Shown here: positions 9,224 to 17,739 of the stretch, one piece after another
Numbering within the stretch: the first letter of the stretch is position 1
Layout: each line of letters starts with the position of its first letter
Assembly (NCBI GenBank): GCA_044869275.1
Contig: JBIOXB010000130.1
Span: forward strand, 1 to 64,000
Reading direction: 5' to 3'
From: a bacterium
GTDB lineage: Bacteria > Zhuqueibacterota > Zhuqueibacteria > Zhuqueibacterales > Zhuqueibacteraceae
Length of the DNA stretch: 64,000 nt
Position numbers and translations under genes: made by a program
Notes under the pieces: model-generated
Seen by the model: the letters and a program-made list of their open reading frames with translations, nothing else
What the model was told of the DNA's origin: nothing
Databases searched by the model: none

Positions 9224-11545
9224 TTGCGCGCAGGGATTGTTTCTCCAAGCGATTTCGCGGGTGATCATTCTCAACTTCTCATGTTCTCACCATCCCCGAC
9301 TTCCCGACAAACCGGCCGGCAGCCAGCGGTGGAAAACTCTCCCCTCCTCGTGCCGGCGGTGGTTCCGCTTTCTCCCGGCCGCCAAAGGCGCAGCCAAAAA
9401 CTCATTCAGATGTCGCAGATTTTCAATGCTCTGGCCTACGCCTGCCTTGCGGATCAAGTGCTGACCTTGTATGCCCTCAAGCTTGGCGCGAACTCGGTGT
9501 TCGTGGGATTGCTGGCCTCGTTGGTTTATCTCACCATGTTTTTTGGCCTGGTGGGCAAACGCATGGTGGAGCGCAGAGGGCCGGTGCGTGTTTTTGGCAT
9601 GAGCTGGCTGCTGCGTTACTTGCTCGGCGGTGTCATGGCGCTCGCGCCGTTTGCCGCGAGTCGGTATGGCAAAGATGCTGGTCTCATTATTTTGTTGCTG
9701 GGCGCGTTGCTCTTGTTCACTTTCCGCGCCCTCGGCAACACCGCCAACACCCTGCTCATCGCGCGCATCACCACCCCTTACAATCGCGGCCGCTTGGTCG
9801 CCGGCCAATTCACGATTTTCTACGCCGGCAGCATGCTGATGTTGTTGCTGTACAGCTTGCTGCTCGGCCGCGAAGCGCCGTTGTGGCGGGTTCAGGCGTT
9901 CATTGCCTTCGGCGTCGTGTCCGGCGTGCTCTCGGCGTTGATCGCCCTGCGCATCCCCGAAATTCCCGAACCGCGCCAGGAAAAAAACGTCACCATGCGC
10001 AGCATGTTTCATCTGTTCGGACAGACGCCCGCGCTGCGCCGCTTTTTGATTTCAGGAACGTTGACGCGCACCGTGCTGGCCGCGGCCCTGCCGTTTTTGG
10101 TGGTGAGCATGCGCGTGGGCGCCGGGCTTCCGGAAGATCGGATTTTGCTGCTGGTCATTTTTCACAGCGTGGGCAATGTGCTGGCCTCTTTCATGAATCG
10201 CCTGTATCTCGATCGCTTCGGCGCGCGGCCCATGATGCTGCTGTATTGCCTCTGTCTGGCGATGGCATTGTTCAGTTGGGTCGTGACGCCGGGCCTGCAC
10301 CCCGCCTTTATTGCGCTCAGTTTTCTGATGTACGGCCTGGTCTTTCCCGGTTTCACCAGCGCGCAGGTGCCCTATTTGTTCAATCTTGTGCGCGCACGCG
10401 AGCAATATGCCGCTTCGCTCTTCTCCGAAATCGTCATGGGCATGGCGGGATTTGCCGGCGCCTTCTGCGGAGGCTTGTTGATCAATCAGTTGCAGGATTG
10501 GACCGGCGGCGGATTGGCGCCGTTCCGCTGGTACTTTTTCATTCTCGCGCTGATTTCCCTCGCGGCGCTGGCAGCCACCCAGCGCGTGTCGCCGGTGCGC
10601 GACCGCAGGCTGCGCGAGGTGCTGAACATCTTTCTTTCGCCGCGCGATTTGCAGGCGCTGCTTTACTTAAGCAATTTGACCGGCCGCATGACCGCGGAGG
10701 AGGAAGGAGAGGCGCTCGACCGCATCGGCGATTTTGGCTCGGCCTTGAGCGAAAGGGAGTTGCTGGAGGGACTGGCCTCGCCGCGTTTCGTGGTGCGCGC
10801 GGATGCGCTCCAGGCCTTGCGCAATGTGCCCCCCACGCCGGCCCTCACCCGTGCATTGATCGAAGAGCTCAAGCATCATGAATTCACCACCGCCTATCTC
10901 GCCGCCGATGTGCTGGGCATTTATGCCGTGCGCGAAGCCATTCCACTCTTGCGGCAAACCTTGCGCTCGCAGGATTTGTTCTTGCGCAGCAAAGCCATTC
11001 TCGCCCTGGGCCGGATGCGCGACGAAGAATCCTATCACGACATACAGCAGATTTTTCGCACCACGAGCAATCCCCGCTTGCTGATTCACTGCATGAATGC
11101 CTTCAGTTTCTATGCCCGTCCCGAGCTGATCCGTGAAATCCTGGCGCGCGTGCAGGCCTTCGAGTCGCCGACCGTGCGCAGCGAAGCGCATCTCACCCTC
11201 GCCGATCTCTGCGGCACCGGCGAGGATTTTTACAGCGATTACAAAGCCTATCTGCTCGATGCCAACGTCGCCGCCGGCATTTTGCAGGATCTGGCGGAAA
11301 AACCGAGGGAGGAGCGGCGCCGGCTGCGCTTTCTGGAGGTGGCCGTCACCTATCACGGCGACCCGCAGACCTTCAGCGCTGCGCTCGGAGCCTTGTGCCT
11401 GTCTTTCGATTGTTCGTCGCACGCACGAGAAGTGCTCGCGCTCTTTGGGGGCTTTTTAGAAGAGCAGGAGGTCAAGCTCGATTTGCCGTTGCGCTTTTGC
11501 CTGGCTTATTGCGCGTTGGCGTTGGGGCTGGAGGAGGAATCTTGA
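9224..11545 (+). CDS. MFS-like 12-TM protein fused to C-terminal HEAT repeats
   Basis: About 12 hydrophobic segments followed by HEAT-like 'VRADALQAL', 'AADVLG..EAIPLL' and 'LRSKAILALG'. The true start is uncertain and may lie downstream, near 9410. Confidence 0.8.
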   Translation: MRAGIVSPSDFAGDHSQLLMFSPSPTSRQTGRQPAVENSPLLVPAVVPLSPGRQRRSQKLIQMSQIFNALAYACLADQVLTLYALKLGANSVFVGLLASLVYLTMFFGLVGKRMVERRGPVRVFGMSWLLRYLLGGVMALAPFAASRYGKDAGLIILLLGALLLFTFRALGNTANTLLIARITTPYNRGRLVAGQFTIFYAGSMLMLLLYSLLLGREAPLWRVQAFIAFGVVSGVLSALIALRIPEIPEPRQEKNVTMRSMFHLFGQTPALRRFLISGTLTRTVLAAALPFLVVSMRVGAGLPEDRILLLVIFHSVGNVLASFMNRLYLDRFGARPMMLLYCLCLAMALFSWVVTPGLHPAFIALSFLMYGLVFPGFTSAQVPYLFNLVRAREQYAASLFSEIVMGMAGFAGAFCGGLLINQLQDWTGGGLAPFRWYFFILALISLAALAATQRVSPVRDRRLREVLNIFLSPRDLQALLYLSNLTGRMTAEEEGEALDRIGDFGSALSERELLEGLASPRFVVRADALQALRNVPPTPALTRALIEELKHHEFTTAYLAADVLGIYAVREAIPLLRQTLRSQDLFLRSKAILALGRMRDEESYHDIQQIFRTTSNPRLLIHCMNAFSFYARPELIREILARVQAFESPTVRSEAHLTLADLCGTGEDFYSDYKAYLLDANVAAGILQDLAEKPREERRRLRFLEVAVTYHGDPQTFSAALGALCLSFDCSSHAREVLALFGGFLEEQEVKLDLPLRFCLAYCALALGLEEES

Positions 11546-11672
11546 CGTGCATCCCAAAACCGCCTGCCCAGTCTTGAAGCGGCAAGAACTTCCGGGCACC
11601 AGCGGACGAGGGCCCATATCCCTATTTCTGCGCAGGCGGGGCGATTTTTTCGCAGCGCCTGCAGGCCCCTGG

Positions 11673-11798
11673 TCATTGGTTGATCACGATATCCGGCAAT
11701 ACGATTTCCTGCGCCGGTGCCTTGGCCTTGCCTTGGAAAACCACAGCGACAAGCATTAAGAGCACAGCCATGATGGTCACAACAATCTTCGCTCTCAT
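11673..11798 (-). CDS. Unannotated 41-aa secreted peptide, MRAKIVVTIMAVLLMLVAVVFQGKAKAPAQEIVLPDIVINQ
   Basis: Translated by hand (below the ORF-track cutoff). AAGGA RBS, classical N/H/C signal-peptide layout and an upstream sigma54 consensus. Confidence 0.7.
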   Translation of the reverse strand: MRAKIVVTIMAVLLMLVAVVFQGKAKAPAQEIVLPDIVINQ

Positions 11799-11858
11799 GA
11801 TCGTAGTCCTTGGTTGAGGTTCGTTGGAGGTGAAGACCACTATTCACCCGGCCAAAAG

Positions 11859-11875
11859 AGCAACCGCCATGCCAG
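11859..11875 (-). promoter_or_regulatory. Sigma54 (RpoN) -24/-12 promoter
   Basis: The minus strand reads CTGGCATGGCGGTTGCT, matching YTGGCAC-N5-TTGCW with exact GG-N10-GC spacing, 60 nt upstream of the peptide ATG. Confidence 0.7.
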
Positions 11876-12010
11876 CACAAAAAGCTTGACTTGATCGCAC
11901 TTTTTACGATAAAACGTCACGTAGTGTATCACGCACAGCGAGACGGTGTTCTGTTCTCGCACACGCCGTAAATTATGCGTGAAGCCTCTGGCAATTCTCT
12001 GTGCCCCTCT

Positions 12011-12589
12011 TCAGAAAAAGCTGAGTTGCAAGGGATAATTCACACCCGCTAAAAATCCGCTCTGCTCCTTGTTGAGAAATCCCCAGAACGCCAGCCTTTT
12101 GATAGACAGACCTAACAAAATCACCGGCAGCAAATCATTATTGCCGTATTGTTCCCGTACCGCGCCCAGGCCCCCGCTGAAGCGCAGCCAGGGCTCGCTG
12201 TAGAGTTTGCGCGTATCGCGGTACAATTCGCGATAGCCGAGGTACAGGCTCTGCGTTTGCCGCAGGAGCGAGTCTTGCAGCCAGAAATTCCTGGCATACG
12301 TGTTGGTGGTGCGGTCCAATGCCGCCAGCAATGTGTCTTTGGCGGCCATTTTCTTTTGCGCGGCTTCCAATTCGATTTTGAGTGAATCCTGGAGGAATTG
12401 CGAACGCTGCACGCTTTCGCGCGAGAGTGCCAGAAAATCCGCACCGTCGATTTTAATCTGATGGTTCTTCCCCAGCGGCCGCACGTATTCCAGGCGCGGC
12501 TGGGCAGCCCCTGGAACAAATCCGGCGAGCAGAAATAAAAGTGCCGGCACCACGAGCATTGCAGTGCGATGATTGAGAGGTTGCGACAT
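12011..12589 (-). CDS. Exported coiled-coil protein with C-terminal amphipathic beta-strands ending in Phe (putative outer-membrane anchor)
   Basis: GGAGG RBS, signal peptide (..VPGAA|Q), heptad region, C-terminus LRFSGGLGAV..VILLGLSI..AFWGFL..GFLAGVNY..FF. Confidence 0.75.
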   Translation of the reverse strand: MSQPLNHRTAMLVVPALLFLLAGFVPGAAQPRLEYVRPLGKNHQIKIDGADFLALSRESVQRSQFLQDSLKIELEAAQKKMAAKDTLLAALDRTTNTYARNFWLQDSLLRQTQSLYLGYRELYRDTRKLYSEPWLRFSGGLGAVREQYGNNDLLPVILLGLSIKRLAFWGFLNKEQSGFLAGVNYPLQLSFF

Positions 12590-12639
12590 GATTTTTCCTC
12601 CGCCATATTCAAGCCCACAGCCTAGGCCACCTGCAGATC

Positions 12640-13071
12640 TCAATTGCCGCCGCCGATGACTTTGTTATATTCTTCAAAAAGCTCGTCCGCGCTCATGTTG
12701 TTCAACTGCTCGCGCCGCTGCTGCAACTGTTGGCTTTTCTCCGCTTCAATCTCGAGAATCTCCTTCATGTAGCGCGCGCGTTCGCGTTTCAAGAGCTCTT
12801 CGGCCTCGCGGATTTCTTCTTTGGCGACGTCGTACTTTTCCTGTAATTCTTTCAAACGTTTTTCCTGCTCCTGCAATTCCCGCTCGCGCCGCTTGAGCTC
12901 TTCCGTCAATTTGCGCTTGCGATACGATTGAAACAATGAGAAGCCCAGCACCAGGCCCAGCGCGGAAACCGCGAAAATGATGCCGCGCACGTTCAACAGC
13001 CGAAATTGGTGCAGGAAGAACAAGACGACGATCAAGAAAACGACTGCGAATGCTATGGTAAATTCATCCAT
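12640..13071 (-). CDS. Inner-membrane protein with two N-terminal TM helices and a long charged coiled coil
   Basis: GGAGG RBS before ATG 13071, followed by an E/K/R/Q-rich heptad region of about 90 aa. Confidence 0.8.
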   Translation of the reverse strand: MDEFTIAFAVVFLIVVLFFLHQFRLLNVRGIIFAVSALGLVLGFSLFQSYRKRKLTEELKRRERELQEQEKRLKELQEKYDVAKEEIREAEELLKRERARYMKEILEIEAEKSQQLQQRREQLNNMSADELFEEYNKVIGGGN

Positions 13072-13093
13072 GCTTCCTCCCTGGTTCTGCAGA

Positions 13094-13648
13094 CTAATTT
13101 TTGCGCCTTTTTTCCAAAGCTTGAATCGCATGATGCACCGGCTCAGAGCCGACGCCAACGAATATGCCGCTGAGCGTAATCGCCAGCCAGGGGTTGTTCT
13201 TGAAAAGAGCGTTGAGGAACTCGAATTTCAAATCAAGCTCCTGGATGGCGATGGTGACCAAATTGATGTTGGTCAAAAAACAAAAGAGGATTCCGAGCAG
13301 CACCGCAAACGTGCGGTTGATCGCGACCATCACCGCGTTGCGCACCAAGTCCCCGCCGATAATCGGCACTTTACCGGAATGCCCGGCTTTGTCTTCGACA
13401 CGCACTTTGCGAATTTGAAACAGTAAGCCGGAAACGTCGAGAAAATGATTCCACAGGCGCGAGTAGGCGTATTGCTCGAATTTTTCCTGCAGACGCTGCG
13501 CGCGCCGCGTCCAATACTTGTGCAGATCGAAGCGCCACTCCGCGTAGTTCCAGCCGGCGTTCAAGATTTCCAGCATGCGCTCGATGGTCAAAGCGAGCAG
13601 CAGGGTCAGCATGTAAATATAAGTGACTTGCAGGATCACGTCCATCAT
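13094..13648 (-). CDS. Holin-like membrane protein
   Basis: Three hydrophobic segments with motifs 'LALTIERMLE' and 'SGIFVGVGSEPVHHAI', shared with the N-terminus of the upstream amidase. GAGGTG RBS. Confidence 0.75.
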   Translation of the reverse strand: MMDVILQVTYIYMLTLLLALTIERMLEILNAGWNYAEWRFDLHKYWTRRAQRLQEKFEQYAYSRLWNHFLDVSGLLFQIRKVRVEDKAGHSGKVPIIGGDLVRNAVMVAINRTFAVLLGILFCFLTNINLVTIAIQELDLKFEFLNALFKNNPWLAITLSGIFVGVGSEPVHHAIQALEKRRKN

Positions 13649-13656
13649 ATTTCACC

Positions 13657-15093
13657 TCACGCCTTGACAAAGAGATAAGGTTTCTGCCGGTACAACTCCA
13701 GTTCTTCCCGGGCGGTTGCCGAGTTCGACCACAGCGTGTGATAATGTTGAATCAGCTTTCTGAATTCCACCTGGGGGAAGTTGGAGCCGGGGCAGCGCGT
13801 GTTCGTCAATTCACGGTGCGGAACAATGCTTTGGCGCCAATTGAGGGGAATGCCATACAGCTGGCTCCACAGCGCCACCACGCGGGCGGCGGCGTGCAGT
13901 TGCTCGTCGGTGGGTTTGGGCTCGCCGAAGCGCCCGTTCACGTTCGCAAAAGGAATTCGTGGATCGGTTTCAAAATTGCCGTTGAGCGACAGTCCGAGCG
14001 AATGCAGATTGTGTCCCGCCACGTGGCTGCCATAGCGGTCCCAGCGGCAAAAGGCGTGAATCGATCCGTCTTTCAAAATCACGCAGTGATAGCCGGTGAG
14101 CCAGCCCTTGTCCTTGATGATTCTCACGACGTCGGCAAACGAAGTGTCGCTGTGCATCGAGGTATGATGATACACGATGAGATTCGGATCCGCGGGCCGG
14201 CGATGGCGATATTGCAGCACTTCGCGGTCCACACCGCCGAGGTAAGGCACGTTTATTTCCGCGGCGCGCGTGACCGGCACGGCGGCTGCGCCCACGCCGC
14301 GATCCGCAGCCGCGACGATCGCCACGGCGGGCAGCGCCTCCAGAGCGGCGGCGGATTTTTCCGGCACAATCGCCACGGCCGTTTCCGAAGCGGCCACCTC
14401 GCTTTTAAGCGTTTGGAATTTGCGCTGCGTGAGATAGTTGATGAGAAAATGCACCGGCTGCGAGCCGGCACCGATCAAAATGCCGCTGAAAAACTGATCG
14501 AGGCGATCAAGCATGGGCAGGGGGAAATTGAACTCAAAAAGCTTTTTGAAAACTCCCAGTTCGGCATAAAAGCACATGCCCACGCCGATGAACAGGCCAA
14601 ACGTTTGCATCCAAAACGTGCGATGTGTTTCTTCGTAAGGGCGCTGGGTGGCCGGCTCCACCAGGATCATGGCCTCGGAAAATTTCTCGGTTTGCTCCAA
14701 TTTGGTGGTATCGATGGTGCGCGTGCGCGACAGGCGCATTTCGAGCTCGGCCTTTTCGAGAGGCGACAGCGAATCGCCCTCACGCTCGAGGCGACTCTGC
14801 GTTTCCGCCAGCTCTTCGGCGGCGCGGTCCTGATGATCGGCGGTCACGCGCGCGACGAGATGGTCGACTTGTTGTTCCACCGTCACCCGCGCCTTGGAGT
14901 AAGGCGCGTCGCCCCGAAAAAAGAAATGGTTGAGCAGGCGATTGACGAATTGCAAAGCCCGCTCGACCGTGAAGGAAAGCCCTAGCGCCACCGTCAACAC
15001 TGCCAACAATGGCTGCAACAGCACGGTTTGTGGTGCGGCTTTGGCCAGCGTGTCCGCCGCTACCGCTTGCAGGGGGAGAGAGGGATCCATCAT
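13657..15093 (-). CDS. Holin-like membrane domain fused to an Amidase_2 (T7-lysozyme/PGRP-type) N-acetylmuramoyl-L-alanine amidase
   Basis: N-terminal 'LSFTVERALQ..SGILIGAGSQPVHFLI'. C-terminal IVYHHT, GYHCVI..DG.I, GSHVAGHN..SLGLSLNGNF, PTDEQL and PHREL..TRCPG, with the His/His/Cys zinc ligands present. Confidence 0.88.
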   Translation of the reverse strand: MMDPSLPLQAVAADTLAKAAPQTVLLQPLLAVLTVALGLSFTVERALQFVNRLLNHFFFRGDAPYSKARVTVEQQVDHLVARVTADHQDRAAEELAETQSRLEREGDSLSPLEKAELEMRLSRTRTIDTTKLEQTEKFSEAMILVEPATQRPYEETHRTFWMQTFGLFIGVGMCFYAELGVFKKLFEFNFPLPMLDRLDQFFSGILIGAGSQPVHFLINYLTQRKFQTLKSEVAASETAVAIVPEKSAAALEALPAVAIVAAADRGVGAAAVPVTRAAEINVPYLGGVDREVLQYRHRRPADPNLIVYHHTSMHSDTSFADVVRIIKDKGWLTGYHCVILKDGSIHAFCRWDRYGSHVAGHNLHSLGLSLNGNFETDPRIPFANVNGRFGEPKPTDEQLHAAARVVALWSQLYGIPLNWRQSIVPHRELTNTRCPGSNFPQVEFRKLIQHYHTLWSNSATAREELELYRQKPYLFVKA

Positions 15094-15434
15094 TCTTCCT
15101 TGCGAATGCTTGCGATCACAACAATGTTATGTGGTAAAGATTGGTTGTCACTGTGTCTTGCGAGGATTGAAAGTAGACAAAACTGTCAATGCTCCAGCAC
15201 TGCCCCACGGGGGCGGGGGTGCAGTTTGGAGGTTGCCAGGACCAGCAATGCGAATGTGAACGGCGATAACGGGAAGGCAGATGACGAAGCCCGAAAAAAT
15301 GCGTGAGAATGGTCACGGAGAATGACTGGAATCCCAACTGCCTTCCTCCTCAAATTGCAAGAAGATGCGCGAAATGTTTTTGAAATGCAAGTACAACGTT
15401 GTATACAGTATTTGTGGTGCGAAGGAGGTGAGGT

Positions 15435-15507
15435 GTGAGACGTAAGACGTAAGACGTAAGACGTAAAACGTAAAACGCAAGCACTTGGTTACGCATTACG
15501 TTTTACG
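15435..15507. repeat. 7-mer (GTAAGAC/GTAAAAC) tandem array with a short inverted arm
   Basis: GTGAGAC(GTAAGAC)3(GTAAAAC)2 ... TTACGCATTACGTTTTACG. Confidence 0.85.
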
Positions 15508-15519
15508 GGTTAGGGGTTT

Positions 15520-17631
15520 CTACTTCGTTTTGAACTCATACACGCCGTCCCAATTCGTTGGCGGGGGGGAGGCGATAAAATCGAAGCAACGTTGAATGTA
15601 AAGGCGCGTAGGGCCGTCGCTGGGAAAATAGCGCAGGATGCTCTGGAATTCTTTCAGCGCGCGCGGCCATTGCCGTTGCTTGTAAAGCTCCAAGCCGCGC
15701 GTGTAGGTATCGACGAGCAAATCCTGTTCAATGCCGGGCAGCGGGTTCATGTCGCGCAGCTCGTAAATTTTGACGGGCTTGCTTTTGCCTTTCACGCGCA
15801 CCAGATCGAGCTCGCGCACCTGCGCGCGCTTTTTCGCCTGGCGATAAGTCGATTCGGAAATGATAATGGCGGTGTTGTATTGTTTGTTCGCGCCTTCGAG
15901 ACGTGCGCCGAGATTCACTTCGTCGCCGATGGCGGTGTAATCGAACCTTTGCAACGCGCCGAGATTGCCGACGATCATCGCGCCGGTGTTGATACCGATG
16001 CCGATTTGAAAATAATCCTGCGCCAGCGCCGACCAGCTTTTTTGCAGCTCGCGCAATTGCTCGATCATGGCGCAGGCGGTTTCACAGGCTTTTTCCGCAT
16101 GATTGGGAAAGACATAGGGCGCCCCGAACAACGCCACGATCGCATCGCCGACGAATTTGTCCAGCGTGCCCTGGTTTTTGAAAATGACTTCCGTCATCAT
16201 AGTCAGATATTCATTCAAGCGCTGCACCACGACTTCGGGCTTGTGTTTTTCGCAAAACGTGGTGAAGCCGCGAATATCGCTGAACAACACCGTGAGCCAG
16301 CGTTTTTCGCCGCCGAATTCCGGGTTTTGGCCGGAAGCGAGAATGCTATTGACCACGCTGGCGGACACGTATTGCTCAAAAATGCGTTTCGTGCGATAGC
16401 GCTCGCGCCGTTCAACCATCAGCACCGGCGTGATATTGCCGATGTAGCTCAAAATGATGGCGGCAGCCGGGCCCACCACCGCGATCCAAAGCTCCAGCCA
16501 GGAAAAGAGCAATACGGACGTAAACAAGAGCACGAGCATTTGTCCAAAGGTCAAGATCAAGCCCACCGCCGTGCGCACGCGCAGCACAAAAATCATGGTG
16601 AGCACGGCGTTCAATGCAATGATGAGAAAATCGACACTGAAGGGCACCCGTGCGATAAAATCGCCATACATTAACGTGCTGAGCGCGTTGGCGTGCACTT
16701 CCACTCCCGGCAGTTTGCGTTGCTGGCCGCTGCCGGAAAAAAACGGCGTGAGTTTGTTGTCTTGCAGCTCTTCCGCGGTCGACCCGATAAAAACGATCTT
16801 ATCCTTGAAAACGCCGCCGGGCAACAAATCTTTGTCGAAACTATCCGTATCGAGCTCGGCGTCGGGCAATTGAAAATCCTTCCCGTCCAAGACCGCAGCG
16901 AGAGAGTAGGTGGGGTAAGTCTTTTCCGGGCCGCGATAATTGATCAAGAAGCTGTTGGCGTCGTAATAGGGAAGAGCTCTGCCGTTAAATTGCAGGCGTT
17001 CGCCCGGGACGAGCTCCAGGCGCTGGCCGTGGAGCCGGGCATAAGCCCGCAGTGCAAGGGGAAAGTGCTGCCGCTCGTCAATGGCGACGTACAACAAATA
17101 GCGCCGCACGAAACCGTCCTGATCCTCATCGATATTGACCACGGCCCAGTCCGGGCTGGCCTGCAGCAGCGGCGGAATCGGCTTGCTCAACGTCATGCTG
17201 AGAGAGCCGCCGCGGACGTTGACGGTTTCCATCTTGCCCGCAAAAATTACCCGACCCGAGCGCGCCGCCGCTTGCGCCAGCGTCGTGTCGGCACCCGGAT
17301 CGTTGGACGAGGCCTCGGTAAACAGCACGTCGAAGACGATCAAACGCGCCTGGGCGCGCATGAGCTTGTCGATCAGCTGGGCAAAGAGCGGGCGGGGAAA
17401 AGGCCAGCGTTGGGCGAGGTCGTCGAAGGATTGTTGGTCGATGGCCACGATGACGATGTCATCATTCGTCACCGGGAGGCTGCCGCGCAACGCGAAGCGC
17501 ACGTCGTAAGATTTCAGCTCGAGATTTTCAAGGCTCGCGGTGGAACCGAGCCAGACGGCAACGAGCGCGGCCGCCCAGGTGATCGCGCCGCCCAATGTCC
17601 ATTTGTTGGCCAGCGGTTGTTTGAGATTCAC
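15520..17631 (-). CDS. CHASE2-domain class III adenylate cyclase
   Basis: CHASE2 motifs (IVIVAID..S, WPFPR, D.DGFVRR, PGVEVHAN), three TM helices, cyclase motifs LFSDIRGFT, DKFVGDA and YTAIGDEVNLGARLEG (Lys/Thr indicate ATP specificity), and a TPR-like tail. Confidence 0.93.
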   Translation of the reverse strand: MNLKQPLANKWTLGGAITWAAALVAVWLGSTASLENLELKSYDVRFALRGSLPVTNDDIVIVAIDQQSFDDLAQRWPFPRPLFAQLIDKLMRAQARLIVFDVLFTEASSNDPGADTTLAQAAARSGRVIFAGKMETVNVRGGSLSMTLSKPIPPLLQASPDWAVVNIDEDQDGFVRRYLLYVAIDERQHFPLALRAYARLHGQRLELVPGERLQFNGRALPYYDANSFLINYRGPEKTYPTYSLAAVLDGKDFQLPDAELDTDSFDKDLLPGGVFKDKIVFIGSTAEELQDNKLTPFFSGSGQQRKLPGVEVHANALSTLMYGDFIARVPFSVDFLIIALNAVLTMIFVLRVRTAVGLILTFGQMLVLLFTSVLLFSWLELWIAVVGPAAAIILSYIGNITPVLMVERRERYRTKRIFEQYVSASVVNSILASGQNPEFGGEKRWLTVLFSDIRGFTTFCEKHKPEVVVQRLNEYLTMMTEVIFKNQGTLDKFVGDAIVALFGAPYVFPNHAEKACETACAMIEQLRELQKSWSALAQDYFQIGIGINTGAMIVGNLGALQRFDYTAIGDEVNLGARLEGANKQYNTAIIISESTYRQAKKRAQVRELDLVRVKGKSKPVKIYELRDMNPLPGIEQDLLVDTYTRGLELYKQRQWPRALKEFQSILRYFPSDGPTRLYIQRCFDFIASPPPTNWDGVYEFKTK

Positions 17632-17651
17632 AACGCAGAAGCGCCTGATAG

Positions 17652-17700
17652 ATTACACGTTACACTTTACACGTCACACGTGTAAAGTGTAACGTGTAAT
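17652..17700. repeat. Perfect 22-bp inverted repeat built of TTACACG-like 7-mers
   Basis: ATTACACGTTACACTTTACACG-tcaca-CGTGTAAAGTGTAACGTGTAAT. Confidence 0.9.
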
Positions 17701-17739
17701 GTGTAAGAAATGAACGGCGGGAGTTCTTGTTCCCCGATA

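Noticed and set aside
11506..11880. 124-aa Cys-rich minus-strand ORF and 70-aa plus-strand ORF from the track
   Set aside because: They lack an RBS or protein-like features. The 41-aa frame has the RBS, signal peptide and promoter.
12011..15093. Prophage
   Set aside because: No integrase, structural, packaging or replication genes and no att-like repeats were seen. The flanks are host genes.
15180..15350. Cobalamin or c-di-GMP riboswitch
   Set aside because: It contains GGGAAGGC and stems but lacks the other conserved boxes in the correct order. Kept only as an unassigned structured leader.
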